A stretch of DNA of 64,000 nucleotides, from positions 127,284-191,283 of the forward strand of contig CACFAG010000001.1 in the NCBI GenBank assembly GCA_902564235.1, given 5' to 3'. The notes beneath the pieces are model-generated. The model had not been told where the DNA came from. It saw only the letters and a list, made by a program, of their open reading frames with translations, and did not search any database. This document shows, piece by piece, positions 40,226-51,316 of the stretch (position 1 is its first letter; each line of letters opens with the position of its first letter). The stretch comes from an uncultured Prochlorococcus sp. GTDB lineage: Bacteria > Cyanobacteriota > Cyanobacteriia > PCC-6307 > Cyanobiaceae. The position numbers and the translations under genes are program-made.

Positions 40226-42301
40226 TCAGGACTTGCCCTGATTCTTGGAAATGATAGCTTCAGCAACATTACGAGGAACTTCCTCATAATTTGCGAACTC
40301 CATTGAAAATATACCCCGACCTTGAGTCATTGATCGGAGTTGAGTAGCATAACCGAACATTTCGGCTAAGGGCACTTTGGCCTGTACCTTAGACAATCCA
40401 TCATCAACAGATTGTCCTTCTACTTGACCTCTTCTAGAAGAGAGATCACCAATTACAGATCCAAGAAAGTCATCAGGACTTTCGACCTCAACTTTCATCA
40501 TAGGCTCTAACAGGACAGGGTTACATTTTTTAACCCCATCTTTAAAAGCCATGGAACCTGCAATTTTGAAAGCCATTTCAGATGAGTCTACATCGTGGAA
40601 TGAACCATCGACTAGTGTTACTTTTACATCAATGAGTGGATAACCGGCAAGAACACCAGATTCACAGGTTTCTTTCATTCCATTAGATGCAGGCCCAATA
40701 TACTCTTTTGGTACAGCTCCACCAACAATTTTGTTTACAAATTCAAAACCTTTACCAACTTCAGCAGGTTCCATTTCAATTATTACATGGCCATATTGAC
40801 CTTTTCCTCCAGTTTGTCTTGCATATTTACCTTCACCTTTAGAACTAGACCTAATTGTCTCTCTATATGAAACCTGTGGAGCTCCTATGTTTGCTTCAAC
40901 TTTAAATTCCCTTAACATTCTGTCAACAAGGATTTCTAAGTGCAATTCACCCATACCTGCAATAACAGTTTGATTTGTCTCAGGATCTGTACTTACCCTA
41001 AAGGTTGGATCCTCTTCAGACAAAGCAGTTAAAGCTTTTGATAATTTTTCCATATCGCCTTTAGTTTTTGGCTCAACAGCTACTGAGATAACTGGTTCAG
41101 GGATAAACAATGTTTCCAAAACTATTGGATCTTCTGTGTTACACAAAGTGTCACCAGTTGTTGTGTTCTTAAGACCTAATACAGCTCCTAAATCCCCTGC
41201 CCTCAATTCATCAACCTCCTCTCTTTCATCTGCCTTAAGAATCACTAATCTAGAAATTCTCTCTTTAGCATCCTTAGTAGAATTCATTACATAACTTCCC
41301 TTCGAAAGAACGCCGGAATACATTCTTACGAAAGTTAATTTTCCATAGGGATCTGACATAACTTTGAATGCTAATGCACTGAAAGGAGCATTATCATCTG
41401 AAGGTCTAACATCTTCTTTGCCACTTGGCAAAACACCTTGTATTGGTTTCACATCAACTGGAGCTGGCAAGTAATCAACTACAGCGTCTAAAACAAGTTG
41501 TACTCCTTTATTCTTAAAAGCTGAACCGCATAATACGGGGACCAATCCATGTTTTAAAACCCCTTCTCTGATACCCTTTTTAAGTTGTTCTTCAGATAAT
41601 TCTCCTGTTTCAAGAAATATTTCTATTAATTCTTCATCATTTTCTGCGACACTCTCCATTAACTTAAATCTCCAATCTGCAGCTTCCTCCTCCATGTCAG
41701 ATGGAATTGGTCCCTCTTCAATATCAGTACCTAAATCATTTTTGTAAAAATATGCTTTGTTGGCTACTAAATCAATAATGCCTGTGAGATCACCTTCAGC
41801 CCCAATTGGTAACTGGATTGGAAGTGCATTTGCCTTTAATCGATCTTTAATTTGCTTATTAACTTTTAAAAAATCCGCACCAGTTCTGTCCATTTTATTA
41901 ACAAAAACCATTCTTGGAACAGAGTATCTATCTGCTTGACGCCAAACCGTTTCGGATTGAGGCTGAACTCCACCAACTGCACAAAAAACGGCAATAACTC
42001 CATCCAAGACCCGCATTGATCTTTCAACTTCAATAGTAAAATCAACGTGTCCAGGGGTATCAATAATATTTATTCTATGATCTTGCCAGCTAGTGGATAT
42101 TGCAGCAGCAGTAATTGTTATTCCTCTTTCTCTTTCTTGAGCCATCCAATCTGTTACGGCAGCACCATCGTGAACCTCACCTATTTTGTGAACTACACCT
42201 GAATAAAACAAAATTCTTTCAGTTGTTGTAGTTTTCCCTGCATCAATATGAGCGGCTATACCTATGTTCCTTACTCGTTCTAGGGGAAAGTCGCGTGCCA
42301 A
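40226..42301 (-). CDS. fusA: Elongation factor G
   Basis: [34 protein letters not shown]. Confidence 0.99.
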   Translation of the reverse strand: MARDFPLERVRNIGIAAHIDAGKTTTTERILFYSGVVHKIGEVHDGAAVTDWMAQERERGITITAAAISTSWQDHRINIIDTPGHVDFTIEVERSMRVLDGVIAVFCAVGGVQPQSETVWRQADRYSVPRMVFVNKMDRTGADFLKVNKQIKDRLKANALPIQLPIGAEGDLTGIIDLVANKAYFYKNDLGTDIEEGPIPSDMEEEAADWRFKLMESVAENDEELIEIFLETGELSEEQLKKGIREGVLKHGLVPVLCGSAFKNKGVQLVLDAVVDYLPAPVDVKPIQGVLPSGKEDVRPSDDNAPFSALAFKVMSDPYGKLTFVRMYSGVLSKGSYVMNSTKDAKERISRLVILKADEREEVDELRAGDLGAVLGLKNTTTGDTLCNTEDPIVLETLFIPEPVISVAVEPKTKGDMEKLSKALTALSEEDPTFRVSTDPETNQTVIAGMGELHLEILVDRMLREFKVEANIGAPQVSYRETIRSSSKGEGKYARQTGGKGQYGHVIIEMEPAEVGKGFEFVNKIVGGAVPKEYIGPASNGMKETCESGVLAGYPLIDVKVTLVDGSFHDVDSSEMAFKIAGSMAFKDGVKKCNPVLLEPMMKVEVESPDDFLGSVIGDLSSRRGQVEGQSVDDGLSKVQAKVPLAEMFGYATQLRSMTQGRGIFSMEFANYEEVPRNVAEAIISKNQGKS

Positions 42302-42396
42302 TTTTAAAGCTCCAAATAAAAAATTTTTAGTGAATATAGTTCGCCCAAAAGCAAACTCTTATAATAATAAACTACTTAAGTACCTTTTTGATGAAA

Positions 42397-42867
42397 TTAA
42401 TATCTGTAATGTGCAAAAGCCTTATTAGCTTCAGCCATTTTATGAGTGTCTTCTCTTTTTTTAACCGCACTTCCAGTTTCATTTGCAGCATCCATCAACT
42501 CACCTGCAAGTTTTTGGGACATACTTTTGCCATTCCTTGCTCGTGAGAATGTAACAAGCCATCTTAATGCCATAGCTGTACCTCTCTCTTGACGCACTTC
42601 CATAGGTACTTGATATGTTGCACCACCAACTCTTCTAGCTCTTACCTCGACTAGAGGAGTAGCATTCTTTACAGCTGTTTCAAATAATTCGACTGCATTC
42701 CCTCCTGTTCTTTCACTTATTAAAGAAAAGGCATCAGACAATATTCTTTGAGCTGTAGATTTTTTACCATGTTTCATCAATCTAGATATCATCATTGAAG
42801 CAAGACGACTATTAAATTGAGGATCTGGAAGAACTGGTCTTTTTACTGCTGCATTACGTCGTGACAT
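42397..42867 (-). CDS. rpsG: 30S ribosomal protein S7
   Basis: [26 protein letters not shown]. Confidence 0.99.
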   Translation of the reverse strand: MSRRNAAVKRPVLPDPQFNSRLASMMISRLMKHGKKSTAQRILSDAFSLISERTGGNAVELFETAVKNATPLVEVRARRVGGATYQVPMEVRQERGTAMALRWLVTFSRARNGKSMSQKLAGELMDAANETGSAVKKREDTHKMAEANKAFAHYRY

Positions 42868-42892
42868 GTTTTAAAAAAGTAATGTTTACAAA

Positions 42893-43267
42893 TTAATTTT
42901 TTGGAGCTTTTGCTCCATACTTAGATCTGGATTGACGTCTATCTTTGACTCCGGCCGTATCTAAAGTTCCTCTTATTATATGATACCTAACTCCTGGTAA
43001 ATCCTTAACTCTTCCACCCCTGAGTAATACTACAGAGTGTTCTTGCAAATTATGTCCAATTCCAGGGATATAAGCCGTCACTTCGAAACCAGAAGTCAAT
43101 CTAACCCTAGCAACTTTTCTCAAAGCTGAATTAGGTTTTTTGGGAGTTGATGTATAGACTCTTGTACAAACTCCTCTTCTCTCAGGGCAAGCTTTTAACG
43201 CAGGAGATTTTGTTTTCTTAGTCAGACGTTTTCTTTCTGAACCTATTAATTGTGAGATAGTAGGCAT
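42893..43267 (-). CDS. rpsL: 30S ribosomal protein S12
   Basis: [28 protein letters not shown]. Confidence 0.99.
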   Translation of the reverse strand: MPTISQLIGSERKRLTKKTKSPALKACPERRGVCTRVYTSTPKKPNSALRKVARVRLTSGFEVTAYIPGIGHNLQEHSVVLLRGGRVKDLPGVRYHIIRGTLDTAGVKDRRQSRSKYGAKAPKN

Positions 43268-43461
43268 CTATTATATTCAAATAAAAATAAACATTTAACT
43301 ATCATAACCTTTTACGAGCACCAACTAAAAGTTTTTAATGATATTTTTTGAAAATTTGTGAAATTAAAATTCTTTGGTAAATATTCATTATTTTTAGATT
43401 TATTTTCATATTTATTTTTATAATAGAATTACATAAATAACTAAATAGAATTAAATAATCT

Positions 43462-46400
43462 ATGGGAGAGAGTATCAAAAGAATCGTTGGCCCATATCAA
43501 GATAGTTATTCCCCAAATGGAATAATTGGGGAGAAAGATGCGTGTGGGGTTGGTTTCGTTGCAAATGTTGAAGGTATAGAAAGCAACTGGATCCTTAAAC
43601 AATCTCTAAAGGGCCTCAACTGCATGGAGCATAGAGGAGGTTGTGGAGGAGATAGTGACTCAGGAGATGGAGCAGGCATTTTATGTTCAATTCCATGGGG
43701 ATATCTAGAAGAGAAAATTAATCTAAAAAATACTCAAGAATTTAATAGAGGTTTAGGCATGGTTTTTATGCCTAATAAAAAAGAAAAAATTGAAATATGT
43801 AAATCAGTATGTGATGAAGAAGCAGAAAAATTAAAAGTCAACAAAACATTTTGGAGAACAGTACCTGTTAATAATGAAATCTTAGGTCCTTTAGCTAAAG
43901 CAAATGCTCCATTCATCTGTCAGTGGATTTTACATATAGATAAAAAAGATCATAAGGATGTTGAAAGGCTTTTATTTCAATTAAGGAAAAGAATTGAGAA
44001 AAAAATAAGAGAAACTTTCAAAAACGATGTTGGAGATTGTGAATTTTATTTTGCCTCACTAAGTTCTCAAACAGTTGTTTATAAAGGTATGGTTCGCTCT
44101 GAAATATTATCCGAGTTTTATCAAGATCTAAAAGAAGAGAATTTTAAAGTTTCATTTTCTGTTTATCATCGTAGATTTAGTACTAATACACTTCCAAAAT
44201 GGCCACTAGCTCAGCCCATGAGATTTTTGGGTCATAATGGCGAAATAAATACTCTCTTAGGCAATATTAATTGGGCTAAAGCTTCAGAAACACATATAGA
44301 TGATTTTTGGGGAGAGTTATCTAATGAAATTAAGCCCATAGTAGATGTAAACAAAAGTGATTCGTCAAATCTTGATGCAACCCTTGAAATCAATATTCGT
44401 TCAGGTCAGCCCATTACTGACTCATTATTAAAACTTGTTCCTGAAGCATTTAGAGATCAACCAGAACTTGAGGATAGAGAGTATATAAAAGCTTTTTATG
44501 AATATTCTGCAAGCCTACAAGAAGCTTGGGATGGTCCAGCACTCCTTGTATTTGCTGATGGAAATTTTGTCGGGGCAACTCTTGATAGAAATGGCCTAAG
44601 ACCAGCAAGATATTCAATCACAAATGATGGTTTTGTAATAATGGGTTCTGAAACAGGAGTAGTAGATCTTGAAGAAGAAAGAGTAATAGAAAAAGGTCGA
44701 TTAGGACCGGGACAAATGTTGGCAGTTGATTTTCATCAGAATAGAATCCTAAGAAATTGGGAAGTAAAATCTGAAGCTGCTCAAAGGCATGATTATAAAA
44801 ATCTTCTCAGTAATAGAACTATAAAAATTGAAAATAATGAATGGGTTAAAGACTGCAAACTAAAAGACCTTGAGTTGTTGCAACAACAAACTGCATATGG
44901 GTTTTCAGCTGAAGATAATGACCTTATCTTAGATTCAATGGCTTCATTAGCTAAAGAGCCTACTTATTGCATGGGCGACGACATCCCATTAGCAGTTCTT
45001 TCATCTAAGCCACATATCTTATACGACTACTTCAAGCAAAGATTTGCGCAAGTTACTAATCCTCCTATTGACCCTCTGAGAGAAAAACTTGTAATGAGTT
45101 TAGAGATGCATCTAGGAGAAAGATGTACACCATTTGAAATTAAAGATGCTAAACCTTTTATTCATTTACAAAGTCCTATTCTAAATGAGGAAGAACTCAT
45201 TTCCATCAAAAAATCAAAAATTAAATCTCAGATAATTTCAAGTTTGTTTGATTTAGAGGAAGGTATTCAAGGCTTAGAGAACCAATTAAAACTAATCTGT
45301 AAACAGAGTGAGCTGTCTATAAAAGAAGGTTGCTCTTTAATCATCATTTCTGATAAGGGAATTAATCCTAAAAAGACTTTCATACCTCCTTTACTTGCTG
45401 TTGGAGCAATTCATCATTATCTTCTTAAAAAAGAAATCAGGCTAAAAGCTTCTATAATAATTGAGACCGGTCAATGCTGGAGCACACATCACTTAGCTTG
45501 TTTAATTGGATATGGAGCAAGTGCAGTTTGCCCTTGGTTGACCTTCGAAGCAGGTAGACACTGGTTAAAACATCCAAAAACACAAAAACTCATTGATAGC
45601 AAAAAAATAAATCCATTATCAATAGTTGATGTTCAAGAAAATATTAAAAAAGCTCTAGAAGACGGTCTAAGAAAAATTCTCTCAAAAATAGGCATCTCAC
45701 TTTTATCTAGTTACCATGGTGCACAAATTTTTGAAGCTGTAGGCCTTGGATCTGACTTAATAAAAATTGCTTTTGATGGTACAACAAGTCGTATCGCTGG
45801 CATAACATTAAAAGAATTAACTAATGAAACACTTTCAATACATACGAAAGCCTATCCCGAGATCGATTTAAAGAAATTAGAATTTTTAGGATTTGTACAA
45901 TTTAGAAATAATGGAGAATATCATTCCAATAACCCAGAGATGTCCAAAGTTTTACATTCGGCGGTAAAACAAGGGGCAGGATACGATCATTTTGAAACTT
46001 ACAAAAAACTTATTAGTAATAGACCGACAACATCTCTTAGAGATTTACTAACAATCAATTCAAAAAGAAAAAGTATTCCATTAGAGGAAGTTGAAAGTGT
46101 TGAATCAATTTGCAAAAGGTTCTGTACTGGAGGAATGAGTTTAGGTGCTTTATCCAGAGAAGCGCATGAAGTTTTAGCAGTTGCAATGAATAGAATTGGT
46201 GGAAAAAGTAATAGTGGAGAAGGGGGAGAAGATCCAGCTCGTTTTAATGTTTTAAATGATATCGATAAAAATACTCAATCAATGACATTGCCATTTATTA
46301 AAGGCTTAAAGAATGGAGACACAGCATGCTCCGCTATTAAACAAATAGCATCAGGAAGATTTGGAGTTACACCTGAATATCTAAGAAGTGGTAAACAACT

Positions 46401-48033
46401 CGAAATTAAAATGGCTCAAGGTGCAAAACCCGGAGAGGGGGGACAATTACCTGGTCCAAAAGTTGATTCTTACATCGCAAAACTAAGAAATAGTAAACCA
46501 GGGGTAGCTTTAATATCTCCTCCCCCTCATCATGATATTTATTCAATTGAAGATTTAGCTCAACTTATCCACGACTTACACCAAGTTCATCCAAAAGCGA
46601 AAGTAAGCGTGAAACTTGTCTCTGAAATTGGTATAGGTACTATTGCTGCTGGAGTAAGCAAAGCTAATGCAGATGTAATTCAAATATCAGGCCATGACGG
46701 AGGTACAGGTGCTTCCCCCCTGAGTTCTATTAAACATGCAGGTTTACCATGGGAACTTGGTGTTGCTGAGGTTCATAAATCTCTCTTAGAGAATAACTTA
46801 CGCGAAAGAGTAATTTTGAGAACTGATGGAGGTCTTAAAACAGGCTGGGACGTAGTTATTGCAGCTTTACTAGGTGCTGAAGAATACGGTTTTGGTTCTG
46901 TAGCGATGATTGCTGAAGGATGCATAATGGCTCGGGTTTGTCATACAAACAAGTGTCCTGTTGGAGTTGCCACTCAAAAAGAAGAATTAAGAAAAAGATT
47001 TAAAGGTATTCCAGAAAATGTCGTCAATTTTTTCTTGTATATTGCTGAAGAAGTAAGACAGATAATGAGTAGTATCGGTGTTTTTAATATGGAAGAACTG
47101 ATTGGTAATCAAGAATTTCTTTCTGCAAGAAATATCGATCTTCCAAAAACTTCTAATATTGATCTTTCTTCTTTAGTAAATGAACACTCAACCCCTGATA
47201 GATCATGGTTAAAACATTTAAAAACTGCACATAGTAATGGTTCTGTATTAGAAGACGAGTTTTTGTCTGATACTAAATTTATAGATTCACTTAAAAATCA
47301 CGAAATATTAACCAAAGAAATTGAGATAAAAAATACAGATAGAAGTGTTTGTGCGAAAATATCAGGCGAAATCGCAGAACTTCACGGCAATACTGGCTTC
47401 AATGGCGAAATCAACTTATATTTCAAAGGATATGCAGGACAAAGCTTTGGTGCCTTTTTATTGAAGGGAATGAATGTTCAATTAATCGGAGAAGCTAATG
47501 ATTATGTTTGTAAAGGAATGAATGGAGGAACACTCACAATAATTCCACCAAAAATAAATGAAATCTCCTCCGAACAAGTCATACTAGGAAATACTTGTCT
47601 TTATGGAGCAACAGGTGGAAAATTATTTGCATTAGGAAAATCGGGAGAAAGATTTGCGGTTAGAAATAGTGGCGCTATAGCGGTAACAGAAGGAGCAGGT
47701 GATCATTGTTGTGAATACATGACTGGTGGGAAAGTAGTTATTCTAGGTTCCACAGGAAGGAATATTGGTGCGGGCATGACTGGTGGAATAGCTTTTATAA
47801 TCGATGAAAATAATGATTTAAGTAATAAAGTAAATAAAGAAATAGTGAGCATTCATCAAATAACTTCATCAAAGCAGGAAAATCTCTTATTGGAAATCAT
47901 TAGAGAATATCAATCAAAAACAAATAGTTTAAAGGCTGCCAAAATAATTGAAAATTGGCCTCATTTTAAGAGTACTTTCAAATTGATTGTTCCCCCAAGC
48001 GAAGAAGAGATGCTTGGTATAAAAAAAATGTAA
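43462..48033 (+). CDS. glsF: Ferredoxin-dependent glutamate synthase
   Basis: Ntn CGVGF after propeptide, HRRFSTNT, CIMARVCHTNKC [3Fe-4S] motif, GXGXG C-terminal domain. Confidence 0.97.
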   Translation: MGESIKRIVGPYQDSYSPNGIIGEKDACGVGFVANVEGIESNWILKQSLKGLNCMEHRGGCGGDSDSGDGAGILCSIPWGYLEEKINLKNTQEFNRGLGMVFMPNKKEKIEICKSVCDEEAEKLKVNKTFWRTVPVNNEILGPLAKANAPFICQWILHIDKKDHKDVERLLFQLRKRIEKKIRETFKNDVGDCEFYFASLSSQTVVYKGMVRSEILSEFYQDLKEENFKVSFSVYHRRFSTNTLPKWPLAQPMRFLGHNGEINTLLGNINWAKASETHIDDFWGELSNEIKPIVDVNKSDSSNLDATLEINIRSGQPITDSLLKLVPEAFRDQPELEDREYIKAFYEYSASLQEAWDGPALLVFADGNFVGATLDRNGLRPARYSITNDGFVIMGSETGVVDLEEERVIEKGRLGPGQMLAVDFHQNRILRNWEVKSEAAQRHDYKNLLSNRTIKIENNEWVKDCKLKDLELLQQQTAYGFSAEDNDLILDSMASLAKEPTYCMGDDIPLAVLSSKPHILYDYFKQRFAQVTNPPIDPLREKLVMSLEMHLGERCTPFEIKDAKPFIHLQSPILNEEELISIKKSKIKSQIISSLFDLEEGIQGLENQLKLICKQSELSIKEGCSLIIISDKGINPKKTFIPPLLAVGAIHHYLLKKEIRLKASIIIETGQCWSTHHLACLIGYGASAVCPWLTFEAGRHWLKHPKTQKLIDSKKINPLSIVDVQENIKKALEDGLRKILSKIGISLLSSYHGAQIFEAVGLGSDLIKIAFDGTTSRIAGITLKELTNETLSIHTKAYPEIDLKKLEFLGFVQFRNNGEYHSNNPEMSKVLHSAVKQGAGYDHFETYKKLISNRPTTSLRDLLTINSKRKSIPLEEVESVESICKRFCTGGMSLGALSREAHEVLAVAMNRIGGKSNSGEGGEDPARFNVLNDIDKNTQSMTLPFIKGLKNGDTACSAIKQIASGRFGVTPEYLRSGKQLEIKMAQGAKPGEGGQLPGPKVDSYIAKLRNSKPGVALISPPPHHDIYSIEDLAQLIHDLHQVHPKAKVSVKLVSEIGIGTIAAGVSKANADVIQISGHDGGTGASPLSSIKHAGLPWELGVAEVHKSLLENNLRERVILRTDGGLKTGWDVVIAALLGAEEYGFGSVAMIAEGCIMARVCHTNKCPVGVATQKEELRKRFKGIPENVVNFFLYIAEEVRQIMSSIGVFNMEELIGNQEFLSARNIDLPKTSNIDLSSLVNEHSTPDRSWLKHLKTAHSNGSVLEDEFLSDTKFIDSLKNHEILTKEIEIKNTDRSVCAKISGEIAELHGNTGFNGEINLYFKGYAGQSFGAFLLKGMNVQLIGEANDYVCKGMNGGTLTIIPPKINEISSEQVILGNTCLYGATGGKLFALGKSGERFAVRNSGAIAVTEGAGDHCCEYMTGGKVVILGSTGRNIGAGMTGGIAFIIDENNDLSNKVNKEIVSIHQITSSKQENLLLEIIREYQSKTNSLKAAKIIENWPHFKSTFKLIVPPSEEEMLGIKKM

Positions 48034-48327
48034 ATGCCTTTTTTTGTAAAAACTGAAATTATAAAAAAAGAATACTTAATTAATAATGATTTAAAACGAA
48101 AAATAATTAACGAACATATTGATTGGGTAAAAAATTTAAAAAAAGAGGGAATTAATATAAAAAGTGGCTTTTTGGTAGATGAGTTAAATAGGCCAGGTGA
48201 CGGCGGATTACTTATTCTTGAGATGAATAATTATAGAAATGCATTAAAAATAATTAAGAATGATCCAATGATTAAAAATGATCTAGTTGAGTGGAAATTA
48301 AATGAGTGGGTAGACCCAAATAAATGA
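48034..48327 (+). CDS. YciI family protein
   Basis: H.DWV...SGFL...GGLLI...DPMI; starts immediately after the glsF stop. Confidence 0.82.
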   Translation: MPFFVKTEIIKKEYLINNDLKRKIINEHIDWVKNLKKEGINIKSGFLVDELNRPGDGGLLILEMNNYRNALKIIKNDPMIKNDLVEWKLNEWVDPNK

Positions 48328-48333
48328 ATATAA

Positions 48334-49227
48334 TTATCTTGGATACTTTTTCATAAGTTTTTGAATCTCTTCAGCATGGTAACTACTACGAGTTAATGGA
48401 GAACTAACTACTTGCATGAAGTTTAAATCTTTTTCCCCGAACGCTTTAAAGTAGTTAAATTTTGAAGGACTTACAAATCTTTTTACAGGTAAATGATTAG
48501 GGCCAGGAGATAAATATTGGCCAATAGTAACAATATCAACGAAATTACTTTTTAAATCCTTAAGCAGACTTAAGATCTCCTCGTCTTTTTCCCCTAAGCC
48601 AAGCATGAAGCCTGACTTTGTATAAATTTTGGGAGAATAGTCTCTGGTTCTTTTAAGCAATTCAAGAGTTCTTTCATATTTACCCTGAGGTCTTACTTTT
48701 TTATATAGCGAAGGTACAGTCTCAATATTATGGTTTAAAACGTTTGGATTTGAATCAAGAACTTTTTCAAGAGCTTTCCAGTTGCCACAAAAATCAGGAA
48801 TTAAAAGCTCAATAGTAGTTTCAGGAGATTTTTCTCTTATTTGATGAACACATTGAAAAAATTGATATGCGCCACCATCCTCAAGATCGTCTCTATTAAC
48901 TGATGTGATTACAACATGCTTAAGATTCATTCTAAAAACAGCTTCGGCTAGACGATATGGTTCAGTTGGGTCTAAGTCTCTCTTAGATCTATCAAAATCA
49001 ATATCGCAATATGGACATGCTCTAGTACAACCAGGACCCATTATGAGGAAAGTTGCAGTTCCACTAGCAAAACATTCGCCGATATTTGGACAGCTTGCTT
49101 CTTGACATACTGTATTGAGATTTAAATCTTTTAATAAATTTGCAGTATTACCAATTCTCTCAACTTGTGGAGCTTTGACCCTTAACCATTCAGGTTTTGA
49201 AATTAAACTATTGGGATTATTAGTCAC
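48334..49227 (-). CDS. lipA: Lipoyl synthase
   Basis: [26 protein letters not shown]. Confidence 0.97.
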   Translation of the reverse strand: MTNNPNSLISKPEWLRVKAPQVERIGNTANLLKDLNLNTVCQEASCPNIGECFASGTATFLIMGPGCTRACPYCDIDFDRSKRDLDPTEPYRLAEAVFRMNLKHVVITSVNRDDLEDGGAYQFFQCVHQIREKSPETTIELLIPDFCGNWKALEKVLDSNPNVLNHNIETVPSLYKKVRPQGKYERTLELLKRTRDYSPKIYTKSGFMLGLGEKDEEILSLLKDLKSNFVDIVTIGQYLSPGPNHLPVKRFVSPSKFNYFKAFGEKDLNFMQVVSSPLTRSSYHAEEIQKLMKKYPR

Positions 49228-49380
49228 ATTAAATCTTCTTGACCTGTAATTTTATTTTACTAAAAACAAGATGAATTAACTATTTATAATTTCAAAGACG
49301 AAGCTCATTCAACAAAAGTAAATAAATAAATGAATTAAACTAATCCTTCTGCAATTTAGAAAATCTTAATTAGATTTACT

Positions 49381-49546
49381 CGTTACACAACGATTTTGTT
49401 TCATTAACTAAAATTGTATCAGATTTCATAACGTTATTTTTAATACAGATATCAGAACGTACTAACATTTAAAATATGACTCAATTATTGAAATTAATTG
49501 GATTATTTTGTACTAAAAAGTGTTTTTTTTAATAATTTTTGATACA
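49381..49546. promoter_or_regulatory. Putative res-like array of inverted-repeat subsites upstream of the resolvase-like gene
   Basis: TGTATCAGAT...TTTTAATACA (49415-47), TGTACTAAAAA...TTTTTGATACA (49509-46), weaker CGTTACACAA...TTTTGTTTCA (49381-403). Confidence 0.5.
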
Positions 49547-49570
49547 GTAAAAAATATATGTAATAAAACA

Positions 49571-50194
49571 TTGACTTTTAAATTTAAAAGAAAACGTATT
49601 TTATTATCGGAAAAAAATAAAAACTTTAAAGCAATAGGTTATGCTAGAGCTACTCATAACGAATATGAATATTTAGAAGAGCAAATAAAAATTTTGAAGG
49701 AAGAGGGTTGCAGTTTAGTGTTCTCTGAATTGATAAGTTTAGATGAAGAAATCAAACCTCAACTCAATAAAGCTATAAATTCCTTATCAAAAGGCGATCA
49801 ATTAATAATAACTCAGCTTGATCGAGCATTTAAAAATAAAAAAGAATGTTTGATAACAATAAATAAACTTATTAATAAGGATATTAAATTGCGAACTTTG
49901 ACTGGTTTTTTTGCTGCTAATGAATCTTCTAATGCAAATTCTTCAATTTTTAAAATTTTATATGAATTAGATAATTTAGAAGATAAAAGTTTAGGTGAAA
50001 GAAAAAAAGAACAACTATTACGCAGAAAATTATCTGGAAATAATTTGGGAGGCAGGCCCAAAATAAGTCCTTTAAAAGAATCTTTAGTAATCAGATTGCG
50101 TAATGAAGGATATTCATATCGATCAATCAGAACACAAACTGGAATTGCATTATCAACAATTAGGAGAGTGATTTTGGAGGGAGAATTAACATAA
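49571..50194 (+). CDS. Serine recombinase (resolvase/invertase) family protein, catalytic motif degenerate
   Basis: AIGYARATH (cf. GYARVST), GDQLIITQLDRAFK (cf. DRLGR), GGRPK, C-terminal HTH YSYRSIRTQTGIALSTIRR; in-frame TTG 49571 likely start. Confidence 0.85.
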   Translation: MTFKFKRKRILLSEKNKNFKAIGYARATHNEYEYLEEQIKILKEEGCSLVFSELISLDEEIKPQLNKAINSLSKGDQLIITQLDRAFKNKKECLITINKLINKDIKLRTLTGFFAANESSNANSSIFKILYELDNLEDKSLGERKKEQLLRRKLSGNNLGGRPKISPLKESLVIRLRNEGYSYRSIRTQTGIALSTIRRVILEGELT

Positions 50195-50195
50195 A

Positions 50196-50408
50196 ATGAT
50201 AAAGAAAGAAATTGAAAATTTAATAAAAGAAAATTTTAAAGATACCGCATTGCGTATTTATGAATTAGATAATGAAGATAGAAAAAGTTTGTTAGCAGAA
50301 TATAGAGAATGGATTATGAATGAATTAGATTTTGAAGAAGTAATGATGCTACCTTATGAAGCATATACTGACAAATTAGATTCTAATTTCTTAGAAGATT
50401 CACTTTAG
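50196..50408 (+). CDS. Small acidic hypothetical protein (70 aa)
   Basis: ATG 1 nt after the resolvase stop; 19 D/E versus 9 K/R. Confidence 0.7.
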   Translation: MIKKEIENLIKENFKDTALRIYELDNEDRKSLLAEYREWIMNELDFEEVMMLPYEAYTDKLDSNFLEDSL

Positions 50409-51313
50409 TCCTCAATAGTATATCTCTTATTAAAATCGTATATTTCTTTTGCTATAAACGGTAAAAAGGAAGAATCTTTGGAATATTTTTCTCCATTACA
50501 AAAAACTACTAATAAAGTTTGTAGAGATTGATTATTAATCCACCAAGCTGAATCATGTCTAACTTCAGACATTAAGCCTGCTTTACTCCAAAGATTAATG
50601 CTTTCTGGTAATCCTTCACCCAAAAAACCATCTATTTGATTAAGAGAATCCTTTTGAAGAACAACTTTATTTAAATTTCTTTTTAAAAAACTTCGCAAAT
50701 TTAAATTATTTTCTTGATAATCAATATGAATCATAATTTCCTCCAAAACCCTCGCAGCTGAATCAGAGTTCATAGCGTTTCTATTATTATTATCATATCC
50801 ATAAAATTCTTTCTCACGACCAAATGGTCCATCATCCCAAGTCTTCTGACAGCAATTTATACCAACCAATTCTTCCCAATTTAAATCATGTAGCCAATCA
50901 TTTATTATACTTCTTTGGTATTTCCAATTTTCCCATAGTTCGCCTTCAATACGAGGTCCACTTGTTGTTCCAGTAAGTAAATCAATTAAAAAGCTTGTTG
51001 CATTATTACTGGAGAAAAACAACATTTTCCTTACAGCATCAATAATTTCATCTGATAATAATAAACTTCCTTTTTTAATCCAATAAAATACAGCAAGGCC
51101 ATAAACTAACTTGACTATGCTGGCAGGGTAAACCATTTTTTTGTTATTAATGCCAGTTCCAAAACCCTTAAATACACTTTTATTTTCACTTTTATAATTA
51201 ATCCAAGTTATCGAAATATCTTCTCTTGAAAAATCTTTATTATGAGAGCATACTCTCCTTAAAATATCATTTAAGGCTAGACCCATCTCCTGACTTAAAT
51301 AGTAAAAGGACAT
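50405..51313 (-). CDS. Class A beta-lactamase-like serine hydrolase
   Basis: YPASIVK (SxxK), SSN (SxN), SKAG (KTG-like) and RHD motifs. Confidence 0.87.
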   Translation of the reverse strand: MSFYYLSQEMGLALNDILRRVCSHNKDFSREDISITWINYKSENKSVFKGFGTGINNKKMVYPASIVKLVYGLAVFYWIKKGSLLLSDEIIDAVRKMLFFSSNNATSFLIDLLTGTTSGPRIEGELWENWKYQRSIINDWLHDLNWEELVGINCCQKTWDDGPFGREKEFYGYDNNNRNAMNSDSAARVLEEIMIHIDYQENNLNLRSFLKRNLNKVVLQKDSLNQIDGFLGEGLPESINLWSKAGLMSEVRHDSAWWINNQSLQTLLVVFCNGEKYSKDSSFLPFIAKEIYDFNKRYTIED

Positions 51314-51316
51314 TGT

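Noticed and set aside
49228-50408. Transposon or invertible segment around the resolvase; LexA or NtcA boxes; tRNA remnant
   Set aside because: No transposase, terminal repeats, second distant site or cloverleaf was seen; GTA..TAC spacing is 9 rather than 8, and the GTACT half-sites lack partners.
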